A stretch of 63,985 nt of DNA, filler included, from Chiloscyllium plagiosum (Eukaryota), in assembly GCF_004010195.1 (NCBI RefSeq). It is 3 parts of one record of this genome, joined end to end, with 100 filler letters (N's around TTAATTAATTAA, not from the genome) between each part and the next. Parts side by side here need not be neighbours in the genome. Positions count along the whole stretch, not along the records: positions 1 to 29,227 come from NC_057713.1; 2 more parts are not named here. The stretch is one strand, 5' to 3'. The number at the start of each line of letters is the position of its first letter. The first letter of the stretch is position 1. Below the pieces are notes generated by a model, which was not told the DNA's origin, did no database searches, and saw nothing but the letters and a program-made list of their open reading frames with translations. Of this stretch, positions 12,450 through 24,799 are shown piece after piece. The position numbers were made by a program, and so were the translations under genes.

Positions 12450-13560
12450 GGTAGAAAGTGAGGACTGCAGATGCTGAAGATCAGAGTTGAGAGTGTGGTG
12501 CTGGAAAAGCACAGCAGGTCAGGCAGCATCTGAAGAGCAGGAGAATCAACGTTTCAGATATAAGCCCTTCATCAGGAATGAGGCACCCACAGCGACCTAG
12601 ACAACACATCCTCCCACCCTACCTCTTATAAAAATGCCATCCCTCATTCCTAATTCTTCCGCCTCCATTGCATCTGTTCCCAGGATGACCAATTCCACCT
12701 TAGAAAATCCCAGATGTACTCTTTCTTCCAAGATCGCAATTTCCCCTCCCATGTAGTCAACGATGCCCTCCAGGGCATCTCCTCCACTTCCCACACCTCT
12801 GCCCTAGAACCCTACCCCTCCCAATGCAACAAGGACAGAAACCCGCTTGTCCTCACCTTCCACCTCACCAATCTCCACATACATAGCATCAATCTCTGCC
12901 ATTCTGCCACCTACAAACGGACCCCACCACCAGAGATATATTTCCCTCCTCACCTCTATCAGCATTCCGGAGAGACAATTCCTTTTGTGACTCCTTCATC
13001 AGGTCCACCCCCCTCCCCCCCCCCCCCACCAGCCCACACCCCACTCCCGGCACCTTCCCCTGCCACTGCAGGAAGTGCAAAACCTGCGCCCACACGACTC
13101 CCCTCACCTCTGTCGAAGGCCCCAAAGGATCCTTCCAGATGTGACAGAAATTTATCTGTACCTCCACCAATGTTATCTATGGTATCCGTTGCACCCGATA
13201 TGGTCTCCTCTACATTGGGGATTCAGGACGCCTACTTGCAGATAGTTCTAGAGAACACCTGTGGGACACATGCACCCACCAACTCCACCACCACATGGCT
13301 GAACACTTCAACTCCCCCTCCCACTCCATCAAGGACATGCAGATCCTGCGCCTCCTGCATCACCAAACCCTTACCACCTGATGCTTGGAGGAAGAATGCC
13401 GCGTATTCCATCTTGGGACACATGATCAATGTGGATTTCAACAGTTTCCTCATTTCCCCTCACCCCACATTATCTCAGTTCCATGCCTCCAACTCGGCAC
13501 CACCCTCCTGACCTGTTCATCACCTTTCCCATTTATCTGCTCCACCCTCCTCCCCCCCAT
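12450..13560 (+). mobile_element. Penelope-like element: inverted pLTR followed by RT C-terminus and GIY-YIG endonuclease
   Basis: CHCRKCKTC followed by VIYGIRC..LYIG (13170-13220), AEHFNS and LEEECRVFHLG; inverted terminal repeat at 12450-12580. Confidence 0.88.
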
Positions 13561-14635
13561 TCCGATAGGAAGGAGACCAGAATTGCATGCAATATTCCAA
13601 AAGTGGCCTAACCAACATCCTGTACAGCATCAAAATTACCTTCTAACTCCTATACTCAATAATCTGACCAATAAAGGAAGGATGTTGTGAAACTTGAAAG
13701 TGTTCAGAAAAGATTTACAAGAATATAGCCAGGGTTGGAGGATTTGAGCTTGTAGGGAGAGGCTGAATAGGCAGTGGCTGTTTTCACTGGACCGTCAGAG
13801 GCTGAGGGGTGACCTTATAAAGGTTTATAAAATCATGAGGGGCATGGATAGGATAAATAGACAAAGTATTTTCCCTGGGGTTGGGGAGTCCAGAACTAGA
13901 GGGCATAGGTTTAGGGTGAGAGGGAAAAGATATACAAGAGACCTATGGGGCAACTTTTTTACACAGAGGGTGGTGCATGTACGGCATATACAAAGTGGTG
14001 GAGGGTTTGGGGGATATGGGCCGAGTGCTGGCAAATGGGACTAGATTAAGTTGGGATATCTGGTCAGCATGGACGAGTTGGACGAAGGGTCTGTTTCTGT
14101 GCAGTGCATCTCCATAACTCTGTGGCTCTATACTAAATGCCTTCTTCACTATCTTATCTATCTACGACTCTACTTTCAAGGAACTATGATCCTGCACTCC
14201 AAGGTCTCTTTGTTCACCAACACTCCCCAGGACCTTACAATTGAGTGTATAGGTCCTGCAAAGATTTGCTTTTCCAAAATGCAGCACCTCGCATTTATTT
14301 AAATTAAACTCCATCTGCCACTCCTCAGCCAATTGGCCCATCTGATCAAGATCCCATTGTACTCTGAGGTAACCTTCATTGCTGTCCAATATACATCTGC
14401 TTTTGCCAGAGAGTGGTGAATCTATGGAATTCACTCCCACAGGAAGCTGTGGAGGCCAGGTCATTCAGTATATTTAAGACAGAGATAGATAGGTCTTAAT
14501 TGTCAAGTGGATCAAGGGTTACAGGAAGAAAGTGGGAGAATGGGGTTGAGAAACGTATCAGCCATGATTGAATGGTGGAGCAGATTCAATGGGCTGAATG
14601 GTCTAATTTCTGCTCCTATGTCTTATAGTCTTATG
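13561..14635. mobile_element. Nested CR1 fragments in both orientations
   Basis: A minus-strand RT piece (13570-13680 and 14130-14390, WQMEFNLNKCEVLHFG) is split by a + strand 3' end (13680-14125, NFFTQRVV); another + tail lies at 14400-14635. Confidence 0.85.
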
Positions 14636-14974
14636 GTGTTATACTCTGAACTGTGTGTTTATGAACGTTTCCTGGGTGACTAGAAATTCTGGCAGTCTGC
14701 CCTGGCTGCCTGTGGGTCATTTCAGTCAGCCGTGCAGATATTTTTCTAATCAATCTGTTCCGACATGTTATTAAACTCCTGTGGTGCAGATGGCAGTTGA
14801 ACTTGGGACCCGTGCACTCCTTTCCCTCCTACAGCCCCATCAGTGTATATACCACCTTTTCCGAGCTACCATCATCTGAAGAAGGGACATTGATCTCAAG
14901 TTTAACTCCAGTTTCTCTCCACAGGTGCTGTCAGAACTGCAGAGTTTCTCCAGAAAGTTCTGTTTTTTGTTTCT

Positions 14975-15331
14975 GGATACTCTCAGTCTGCTCCTATATT
15001 AAATCGGGACTGGGTGCTCATAGCCTGATCCTGGATTAAATCATGGCTCTGTACTCTCAATCTGACCTGGATTAAATCAGGGTTGAATGCTCGCAGTGCG
15101 ATTCCCCCCAGATTAAATCAAGACTGGTGAGATCAGTGTCATCCGGAATTAAATCAGGATTCTGTATTTTTAATATGACCCTGTATTAAATCAGGAGTCT
15201 GTGTTGTCAGTGTGATCCTGGTGCAAATTCGAATTGACTGCTCTCAGTACGATCCTGGATTAAATTAGGACTCTGTTCTCTCAATCTAATCCTGTACTGA
15301 ATCAGAATTGAGTGCTGTCATTGCGATCCTG
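14975..15331. repeat. Degenerate ~37-bp minisatellite, about 9-10 units
   Basis: Core TCCTGGATTAAATCAGGA; ATTAAAT-equivalent positions at 14998, 15035, 15071, 15112, 15148, 15185, 15222, 15259 and 15296. Confidence 0.85.
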
Positions 15332-15720
15332 CACGAAACCAGAAGTGGGTGTTATTACAGGGACTGGCCACTAGGGAGCAGCCGAACTCCTTATGACAGC
15401 GCCCCTGTTGGTCACAGGGGGCGATGCGGAGCGGCCCGGCCGAGGGGAGAATGGCGGCTGTCGGAGGCACCGGAGTTTTTCGGTTCCTGTTGAAAGCCAC
15501 TGTGACCGGGCGCAGTGGGTGCTGCCGAGTGCAGTCGTACATTTCTAGGCCCGGGGTGAGAGCGCAGGTGGGTGGCGGGGCTTCCGGCCAGCGGATGTGT
15601 TATTACCGGGCTCAGATCGTGGCTTTAACCGTCTCCTGTCCCGATGGAAGTTGGACAAGTGGCGGTGACCGCGCATGCGCATTTCCGTTTATCTGGTCTC
15701 CAATTGCTACCCTGAGCCCC
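15320..15720 (+). promoter_or_regulatory. RMDN1: RMDN1 CpG-island promoter with CTCF-, YY1-, ETS- and NRF1-like motifs
   Basis: Most CpG-dense non-repeat block in the window. CTCF-like TGGCCACTAGGGAGC (15365-15379), YY1-like AATGGCGGC over the ATG, CTTCCGG (15581-15587) and a perfect NRF1 palindrome GCGCATGCGC (15671-15680). Confidence 0.8.
15451..15555 (+). CDS. RMDN1: RMDN1 (regulator of microtubule dynamics 1 / FAM82B) coding exon 1, mitochondrial presequence-like
   Basis: agaATGG start in a CpG island; MAAVGGTGVFRFLLKATVTGRSGCCRVQSYISRPG is Arg/Ser-rich with no acidic residues. Phase-0 donor GGG|gtgaga (alternative CAG|gtgggt after 15567) is in frame with exon 2. Confidence 0.82.
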
Positions 15721-15959
15721 CAGTCCTGATCAGCATCACATTGCAGCTCCCAATTTAATCTTCGATCCTGGCAAACACCTCAACAGTTGTGTTGTAATCC
15801 CAAATATGTTCCGGTCTCATTTCATTTCTCATTTTAAACCTCCATTTCATCAGAGTTCTTATGCATGTTGTCACTGGGGCTCCTGCCCCCAAATTCTTGT
15901 CTTGCATCATACCAATTCGATTTCTGCCCTGTAGGCCCACGTTTGCAAGTTTCCGTATT

Positions 15960-18215
15960 TAAATGTTCTGTGAATGAAAGGTATCTGTAAGAATGTGCAT
16001 GTTTTGGACATCAAAGCAGAATACCAGAAATTCAGGGGGCAGAGGTGAGGAAAAGGTATTGGGGCAGATGAAAGGTCTGAAGGTGGATAAATTACCCTGA
16101 CCAGGTGGACTACATCCCACAGTTCGGAATGAGTTAGCTGAAGAGATTATATATGCATTGGTAAACATAGAACTGTACAGCCTTTTGGCCCACAATGTTA
16201 TGTGAACATGACACCAAAATAAACTAATCCCTTCTGCCTGCCCTTGGTCCATACCCCTCCATTCCTTGCATATTCATGTGCTATTCTAAAAGATCCTTAA
16301 ATGCCCCTATCTGCCTTCACTACCACCCCTGGTAGTGAGTTCCACACTCTTACCACTCTGTGTAAAACAAAGTTACCCCTCACACCTCCTTTGAACTTTC
16401 TGCTCTCACCTTAAATGCATGTCCCTCAGTTTTAGACATTTCAAATCTGGAAAAAAGTTTCTGACCATCAAGCCTATTTATGCTTCTCAAATTTCATAGT
16501 CTCCCCTCAATCTCCACTGCTCCAGAGAAAACAGCCCAAGTTTTTCCAGCCTCTCCCTATAATTTAAACCATCTAATCCAGACAGCATCCTAGTAAACCT
16601 CTTCTGCACCCTCGCCAAAGCCTCCACATCCTTCCTGTAATGTGGCAACCAGAATTGAATGCAATACTCTTAAGTGTGGCTGAACCAAAGTTTTATAAAG
16701 CTATAACATGACATCCTGACTCTTGTACTCAGTTCCCAGACCAAGAAAGGCGAGCATGCCTTCTTTACCACCCTATCTACTTGCATGGCCACTTTCAGAG
16801 AGCTCTGGACTGAACCCCAGGATCCCTCTATACATCAATGCTGTTCAAGGTCCTTCAGGGTGGTGAACCTTCAGGAATCAGGGAGGCTCCAAAAGCTCTG
16901 AAAAAATGGTTAATGTAACACCCCTGTTTAAGAAGGGAGGGAGGCAGAAGACAGGAAACCATAGGCCAGTTAGTCTGATCTTGGTTATCGGTAAGATTTT
17001 AGAGTCAAATATTAAGGATGGAGATTGTGGAGTACTTGGAAATACATGGTAAAATAAGGCTGGGTCAACACAGCTTTGTCAAGGAAAGTCATTCCTGACA
17101 AATTTTTACAATTCTTTTAGGAGGTAAGAAGCAAGTTAGGCAAAGCAGAGCCTGGGGATGTAATTATTTGGATTTCCAGAAGGCCTTTGATAAATACTCT
17201 GCAGGAGAAAGGCTATGGAAATCTGAAGAACAGAGGGACCTAGGAGTCCTAGTTTAAGATTCTCTTCAGGTTACTATGTAGGTTCAGTTAGCAGTTAGGA
17301 AGGCAAATGCAAAATTAGCATTTATTTCAAGATGGCTAGAATACACGTTCAGAGATGTACTGCTGAGGCTGTACAAGGCTCCAGTCAGGCTGCATTTGGA
17401 ATAATGTGAGCAGTTTTGGGCTAGTATAAGGAAGGATGTGCTGGTCTTGGAGGCAGTCCAGAGGAGATTTATAAGAATGATGAAGGGCTTGGCATATGAG
17501 GAGCAGTTGAGGTCTGTGTTTGCACTAAATGAAGTTTAAAATGATGGGGGGAGATTTGCTCGAAACTTACTGAGAGGCCTGTACAGAGTGAACATGGTGA
17601 AGATATTTCCATTAGTGAAAGAGACTCTGGCTTGAGGGCACAGCTTCAAAGTGGGAGTATGATCCTTTGGAACCGAGAGTAGGAGGAATTTCTTCAACCA
17701 GAGAGTGATGAATCTGTGGAACTCGTCACCACAGAAGGTCTGTGGAGGACAAGTCATTAAGGTTAGATTAGATTCCCTACAGTGTGAAACAGGCCCTTCG
17801 GCCCAACAAGTCCAAGCCGACCCTCCGAAGAGTAACTCACCCAGACCCATTTCCCTCTGACTAATGTACCTAACGCTATGGGCAATTTAGCATAGCCAAT
17901 ATACCTGGCCTGCACATCTTTGGACTGTGGGAGGAAACCCTTGCAGACACTGGGAGAATGTGCAAACTCCACACATACAGTCACCCGAGGCTGGAATCGA
18001 ACCTGGGATTTTGGTGCTGTGAGGCAGCATTGCTAACCACTGAGCCACCGTGCCACCCCTAAGTATATTTAGTATATTTGAGACAGGGATAGATAGGTAC
18101 TTGCTTGGTAAGGGGATCGAGGGTTATGGGGAGAAGCCAGGAGTATGGTGTTGAAAAGGGTCAGAATGGTAGAGCAGACTGGCTGATCCAAATGGCCTAA
18201 TTCTGCTCTTATGTC
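15960..18215. mobile_element. CR1 (+) interrupted by a minus-strand CR1 3' part (16165-16855) and a SINE
   Basis: RT motifs DFQKAFDK and LYKAPVRLHLE on +; (catagaa)-type tail and RT C-terminus on -. Confidence 0.85.
17763..18058 (-). mobile_element. HE1-type V-SINE
   Basis: tRNA head GGCACGGTGGCTCAGTGGTTAGC..GGTTCGATTCC on the minus strand, V-domain and tail. Confidence 0.92.
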
Positions 18216-18839
18216 TTACAGTCAGTGTCCTGCAATCCCAATGTAATTTGGAAATTTTCACTAAGACAAAGAAGTTGCATTTTGCAATATCTTCTAATAT
18301 AGCATGCATCAAGAAATTTCACTTAAGATAACATGGATGATATTGGGAAATATGGCTGTTGGCTAGTTAAATTTGGAAAGGAGATTTAAAGAGATTAGGA
18401 GCAAGACAGAAGATTAAACAGTTGAGCTTTGATGATGGGAATAGAACAATAAATCGGTTTGGTATTACCATGTACTGGTATTATGGATACTGACTTTTTA
18501 CCTGTTGATAATGTTTAAGGTGCAATAAGCTGCAAAAATGGATACATCTTGAGAAATCATTGATTGTGAATTCAGTTTACTATCCCTTGATTTATGGCTG
18601 GTTTTTCTGACTTTATGGTTTATTATCCATTGTAATTAGAAAAAAATGTGTTCAGGACCAGGGTCTCCAGTGTAGATGAAACAAACTTTCAGGGAGGAGA
18701 AGGAAGTCCCATGTAAATTACTGTTTATAATCAGTGCACTGCCAAAACAATTTAGTTCTTACTGTAAGCAGCTGTTCTGGGTTGTTGAGTTTGCTGTTGC
18801 AATGGTTGACACATTAGCTTTTTAAATCCTTTGCATTAT

Positions 18840-19555
18840 GAGTCATAGAGTCATGAAGCATGGAAACAGACCCTTCAGTCCAACTAATCCACGCTGATCA
18901 TGTTCCAGACTAAACATGTCCCACCTATCTGCACTTGGCCCTATTCCTCCAAACCTTTCCTATTCGTGAACTTATTTGAAAATCTTTTAAACATTGTAAC
19001 TGCATTCACCACTTTCCCTGGCAGTTCATTCCACACATGAATCACTCTCTATATAAAAACATTGCCCCTCATATCCTTTTGAAATCTTTTTCCTCTCACC
19101 TGAAAAATATGCCTCCCCACCCCCCCCCCTGGTTTTGAACGCCCCACCCTTGGGCGTCATTCACCTTATCTTTGCCCCTCATGATTTTATAAACCTCAGT
19201 AAGGTCATCTCTCAACCTCCTATTCTCCGGTGACAAAAGTCCCAGCCTTCTTTTCCAGCAACATCCTGATAAATCTTCTGAACCCCTCCCAGTTTAATAA
19301 AACCCTTCCTGTAACAGGGTGAACAGAACTGCACACAGCACACCAGAAAAGGCCTCTTGTACAACCTCAACATGACACCCCAACTCCTATACTCAAAGAT
19401 CTGAGCAATGAAAGCAAGTGTGCTAAATCCCTTCTTAACCACCCTATCTATATGTGATGTAATTTTCAAAGAATTATAAACCAGAACCCCTATATCTCTG
19501 TTTTACAACACTACTAAGGGCCCTTACATTAATTGCATACATTCTGCCCTTGTTT
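18840..19555 (-). mobile_element. CR1 3' fragment
   Basis: DRVVKKGFSTLAFI..VMLRLYK..VQFCSP and a CR1 3' UTR. Confidence 0.85.
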
Positions 19556-19790
19556 GGAAATATTATGTATTTTCTCCAAGAGGTAGAATTATCTCTCTTC
19601 CTTTTGTGGTGTTTATTTGAAGCATAAAATAGCCAACTAATATAACCATGTGTCAGCAAAGGATAAGCAGCAAGTTCTCTTGACCAGGTGTTCAAATTAT
19701 CTTCAATTTTAAAATGATATTCTATTTACTGTTTATTATGACTTTGGAATTTAATTGTGTTTAACCATAACACTTATTTTCCATGTCTAG

Positions 19791-19908
19791 GTTTTGGGAG
19801 GTGGTAAAAATTTAGGAAGAGGACTAACTCTGTCATTAATGACCTTTCTGGGTTATGACGTTTACAGAAACATTCCAGGATTTCTCATAGTTCATGCTGA
19901 TGAAAAAG
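19791..19908 (+). CDS. RMDN1: RMDN1 coding exon 2
   Basis: Acceptor ttttccatgtctAG and donor AAG|gtaaac; 118 nt encoding VLGGGKNLGRGLTLSLMTFLGYDVYRNIPGFLIVHADEK. Aligns without gaps to human RMDN1 as recalled (VMGNPGTFKRGLLLSALSYLGFETYQVISQAAVVHATAK). Confidence 0.9.
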
Positions 19909-20019
19909 GTAAACTTAGAATTGGAGATTTGCAGTATGATTTTCTCTGTGAAGTAACTGCGCATTTTTACATGAGAAAATCAGGCTAGCAATGATGCTGG
20001 TTATTTATTTTCTCCTCTG

Positions 20020-21230
20020 ATAGTCAGAATTGTCTTCCTGTCAAGTCGGTTAGAATTCTTTGAGGAGACAACAAGCAAGTTAGACAAAGGAGAGCCGGTG
20101 GACATAAACTATTTAGATTTCCAGAAGGCCTTTGACAAGGTCTTGCACAGAAGGCTGCTAAATAAGAGCCCATGATGTTAGAGGCAGGGTACTGGGATGG
20201 ATAGAGGACCAACTGACTGACAGAAAGCAGAGAGTGGGAATAAAGGTGTATTTTTCAGGATGGTAGCTCATGACTAGTAGAGTTCCACAAAGAGTCAGTG
20301 TTGGGACCCTGACTATTCATTATATATTGACAATCTGTACAAAGGAACTGAGAGCATTGTTGCTCAGTTTGCAGATGATACAAAGATAAGTGAAGGGACA
20401 GGTAGTGTTTAGCAAGGGGGAGGCTGTAGAAGGACGTGGATAGGTGAGAAGAGTGGGTAAAGAAGTGGCAGATTGAATATAATATGGCAAAATGTGAAGT
20501 TATGCACTTTGATAGGAAGAATAGAGGTGCAGACTATTTTCTAAATGGGGAAAGGCTTCGGAAAACTGAAACTCAAAGGAACTAAGGAATCTTAGTTCAG
20601 GATTCTCTTAAGGTTAACATACAGGTTCAGTTGGAGTTTAGGAAGGTAAATGCAATGTTAGCATTCATTTCAGGATGGCTAGAATACAAGAGCAGAGATG
20701 TACTGCTGACGCTGTATAAGTTTGAACAGACTGCATTTGGAATATGAGCAGTTTTGTGCCCTAAGGAAGGATGTGTTGGCATGAGAGAGGATACAGAACA
20801 GGTTTACAAGAGTGATGCTGGAGATGAAGGACTTGTTATATGAGGAGCAATTGAGGACTCTGGGTCAGTACTTAATTGAGTTCAGAAGGATGAGGGGCGG
20901 TCTGATTGAAATTTACATAAAACTGAGAGACCTGGATAGAGTGGACATTGTGAGGTAGTTCCACTAATAGAACCTGAGGGCACAGCCTCACAGTGAAGGA
21001 ATGACCCTTTGGAATTGAGATGAAGAGGAATCTGTGGTTAATCTGGGGAACTCATTGCCACAGAAGGCAATGAAGGTTAAGTTAGTGAGTTTATTTAAGA
21101 CAAAGATAGATAAGTTCTTGGTGAGTAAGGAGATCAAGAGTTATGGGGAGAAAGCAGGAGAATGGGGTTGAGAAACATATCAGCCATGATTGAATGGTGG
21201 GGCAGACTCAATGGGCTGAATGGTCTAATT
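20020..21230 (+). mobile_element. CR1 LINE RT and 3' end
   Basis: YLDFQKAFDK, SVLGP and QFADDTK motifs plus a CR1 3' UTR. Confidence 0.9.
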
Positions 21231-21464
21231 GAACATTTGAACTAATACTTGAACTAAGTAAATGCTGAACATTTTATAATTTCTTGCATAAGGCCCATCT
21301 TGCTAAATGAGGTCTAAATGTCATAATGTCATAAGAATCTTGATCTCGCCAAAATCAAAGGTTGGTCCTTCTCCATGTCCAGCCTATTCAAAATTATGGT
21401 CTAGAAATTTGGTAGCATCCATTTTTGGGCACCTCCCCTAAAGTGTGTGTTCCAATGTAGAGGT

Positions 21465-21930
21465 CTGAGCAAAAACAGAAAGTGCCGGAGAAACTCAGCA
21501 GGCATGACCGTATTTGTGGAGACAAAAACAGAGCTACTGTTTCAAGTCCAGTGATCCTTTATCTCAACTGGTGGTATTTATGCTGCTGACGTGTGGGCCT
21601 GGGGTTGTCGGGAATGAGTGAGATAAATAGATGGAGACAGTGCCCAGAAAGAGAGTGAAAAGGGGAAACAGACAAAAGATAGTAAGCTGGAGAAGAACTA
21701 AATGCTGAATAGGTGCGAATGGGATGTGTGAATATCTGAAAATGGGTTAGTTATACTGGAAACAACCCATACAAAACAGGATCTAGGGTTATTCTATTGT
21801 GTTAAGAACATGGAGGGAGGTGTTCATTGTTCTGAAGTTGTTAAACTCAAATTGAGTCTTAAGGTCTGTAAGGTGCCAAGGTGGAAGATGAAGTGGTAAT
21901 CCTCCAGTTTGTGTTGAGTTTTGCTAGAAG
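21465..21930 (-). mobile_element. Old Penelope-like remnant
   Basis: Terminal-repeat-like start and degenerate C-terminal LIFHLG region in reverse. Confidence 0.5.
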
Positions 21931-24799
21931 ATTGAATTGTAGCTTTCCTGATTACAGAGCACTAAGTCCTTCCTCTACTTGTGCTCTACTCAAGGTATTC
22001 TCTAAAGCTTCTTAACTTTATTGACCAACAAGGAAAGTTGAGCACAACTGCATTATTGAAAATTAACATAGCCATTGACAGAAGACCGAGTGCTCCATTT
22101 TTAATTTTGTTTCAACACATCTTGCAAAGTGAGGCAAGAATACGACTTTTAGAAACTTAGTTTGAATTAGTTTGATGATTGTGGCTGACACCATTATGTT
22201 TTCAGAAATCAGTTGTAACGATTCAGAGTTCTTATTACATAATAATAGTAATTTGTATTTATGAAGGTACATGATACAATAAGATGCTCCAAGATGCTTC
22301 ACAGGAGGATTAGGTCTGACCGACAGCTTGGTCAAAGATGGAGGCTATAAGGAACATCCGATAAGAGATAGAAAGTGAAAGGTTTTCAGGAGTGAATTTC
22401 AGGTTTAGGGTTTGGAGAGCTGAAGGCAAGGTCAGCAATGATGGAGTGATTAAAATCTAGAATGCCCATGGGGTTGAAATCTTTGGAGCATAGAGATCTT
22501 GGAGTGTTGTGTTTTTAAAAATTCTATTATAAAATGTGGTCTTCTCTGCTGGATCAACATTTGTTACCCATCCCCTTATTGCCCATCCGTAACTGGTCTT
22601 GAGAAGATGGCGAGATGCCTTCTGCACCAGTTCATGGAGGGTAGTAGCACCCTGTGTGCTGTTAGGAAGGGAATTTCAGGATTTTAATCCAGCGACTGCT
22701 GGAAGGATCAGTGATGTAGTCAGGATGGAGTATGGCTTGGAGGACAACACAGAACGTGGTAGTGGACTTGGTGAATGTTAAGGTGGTGGACTGGGTGCCA
22801 GTAAGCCAGTTGTCCTGAAGGTGTCGAGTTTCTTGACACAGCTGTTGCAGTTGCACTATCCATCACACTCCTAATTTGTGCTTTGTAGATGGTGAATAGA
22901 CAGTTGCTTGCTGCAGTTTTTAAAAGACTTTAGTTTAAACAATACAATCTCTAGGTAGCTTATATTGTTTACCCACTTTATCTCCTGCCTCTGCACTTGA
23001 ACAGGAAGTCTGTGCTGACAACACTATTATGCACTAGAATCTGAAACAATGTATATTTCTTGTTGCTGTTTCACACTCTCAGACCTGCTGCCTACCCCCT
23101 TCTCACCAGCTGCTACTCTGTCCATGCCCATCATTGGTGGCTGGACCCTTGTTTCCACTATGCTCCTGTCCATTCATACTTTCGCTGGCTGCCTCCTCAT
23201 CACAGGCCATCCCTGTTTGTTGTCAGCCATCCCATTGGCTGCTCTGTCCATCACTGGCCACACACTATCCATTCTCATCATGTTGCCTGTCCCCACCCCT
23301 GTTGCTTGTCATCCTGCTTGCCAACCTCCTTGGCTTTGGCCATCCCACCGGCTAAGCCCATCCCAGACACTCGCGGCTGACTCCTGGCTGACCCACCTGA
23401 CTTGCCATATGGCTCAGAGACTGTGGGCTCTTTCTGAGTTCCCATTGCATGTTTGGTTTTCCAATTATTTCATGAGCGTATGGCTGTTTCATGAGATATA
23501 TTTGATATATGAAGCCATTACACAAGGCCTCCAAATGGTGATGTCAAAGGGACCATGACTTCATGGGTGCCCCCTGCATTTGTGGTGGCAATACAAGTAT
23601 TGCTATTTAAATGCTGTTACCTAAATAAATAAACTTTGCTCTAAAATATATTGGTTGCAGTGAGCTCTTCTGTAAACTGTGCTCCATCTACAACTTACTG
23701 GATATTAATACTGCTAATAAACAATTGGAATTTGTACAATTTATTTTCATTTTGGAGACTGATGTTTGAGAGTCTCAACCATGTTTCCACTCCATGTATT
23801 TAAATTTAGGGATGACGTAAATGAATTAAAGGACAAACGTAGTACTTAAAAAAAGTTGTCATTCAGGATCTGTGGTGGACCATTTTAATTTATTTTTAGA
23901 ACTGATAACAGGAAGTTCTTCTTCACTCAAAGACTAATCTCTGTGCACATTCACTAAAAACTTTGGAATATTTTCAGCAATAATTATACTCTATAATGTT
24001 ATTGGGGGAAGGGAGATTGATATCACCCAGTATAGAATAAGCAAGAATGGCCTTGCACTTACATAATTACCTCAAGATCTTATTTGTTTTTGGGTCTTTA
24101 ATCACTGAAGTTGAATTGTATCGAATGGCTACTCATTCAGTTATCCTTGTGTTAAAGTCTTTATTGTTTATATCTTAGAGAACTTAGACTTTAACAACGA
24201 CAATGAGATTTGACAGTGATTTTACATTTCAATAAAAGTAATGTATTGGCCCTGTGTGGATAGATTATCTGAGTTAGATAGGTTAACAAGCAGCAGAGGA
24301 CATGGGTGTGAATGATTTAGGTATAGAATTGGATTATTTGTGAGGAGATTATTTATTTCACAGAGAGTCATCGTTCTATGGAATGTGTTGCAGGCTTGTG
24401 CAGTGAGTTTGAATTTGCTGCAATCGATTAGCAGAGAGCTGCTTAAATTCTTGAGAGTAGTCAACCTAATTTATAGAAAATGGTTGGCACGTGAGGGAGG
24501 TAACTCCCAGTCATTGTAGTGCCACAAAATTTGTTTTCTTGCTTTAAAGATTGGCAAGAAATTTGTCCTTTTTTTCCTAGATTAGTCATTGGATTTCTTT
24601 TATTTTGTCTCTCCCAAGAAATTGGTGCGGTGCTGTTGGGAGTGGGTGGCTATGTCTCTGTTTTGGATGTGAGGTGGGGGGAGGGGGTCAGGGAAAATGT
24701 GACTGGAGTCACAGCCATATAATATGCAACATGACGATAGGATGGCCTTGAAGGACCTGATACTCTAAAATATTTTTTATCAACTTGTTTGGATGTATT

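Noticed and set aside
12714..13511. 265-aa proline-rich ORF
   Set aside because: Mostly off-frame reading of a Penelope element.
14975..15331. CRISPR-like repeat-spacer appearance
   Set aside because: Vertebrate DNA with no cas genes; the linkers are homologous to one another and the cores are degenerate, so it is a minisatellite.
23049..23558. 169-aa ORF and overlapping ORFs
   Set aside because: C/T-rich low-complexity DNA poor in stop codons; no similarity to RMDN1 exon 3.
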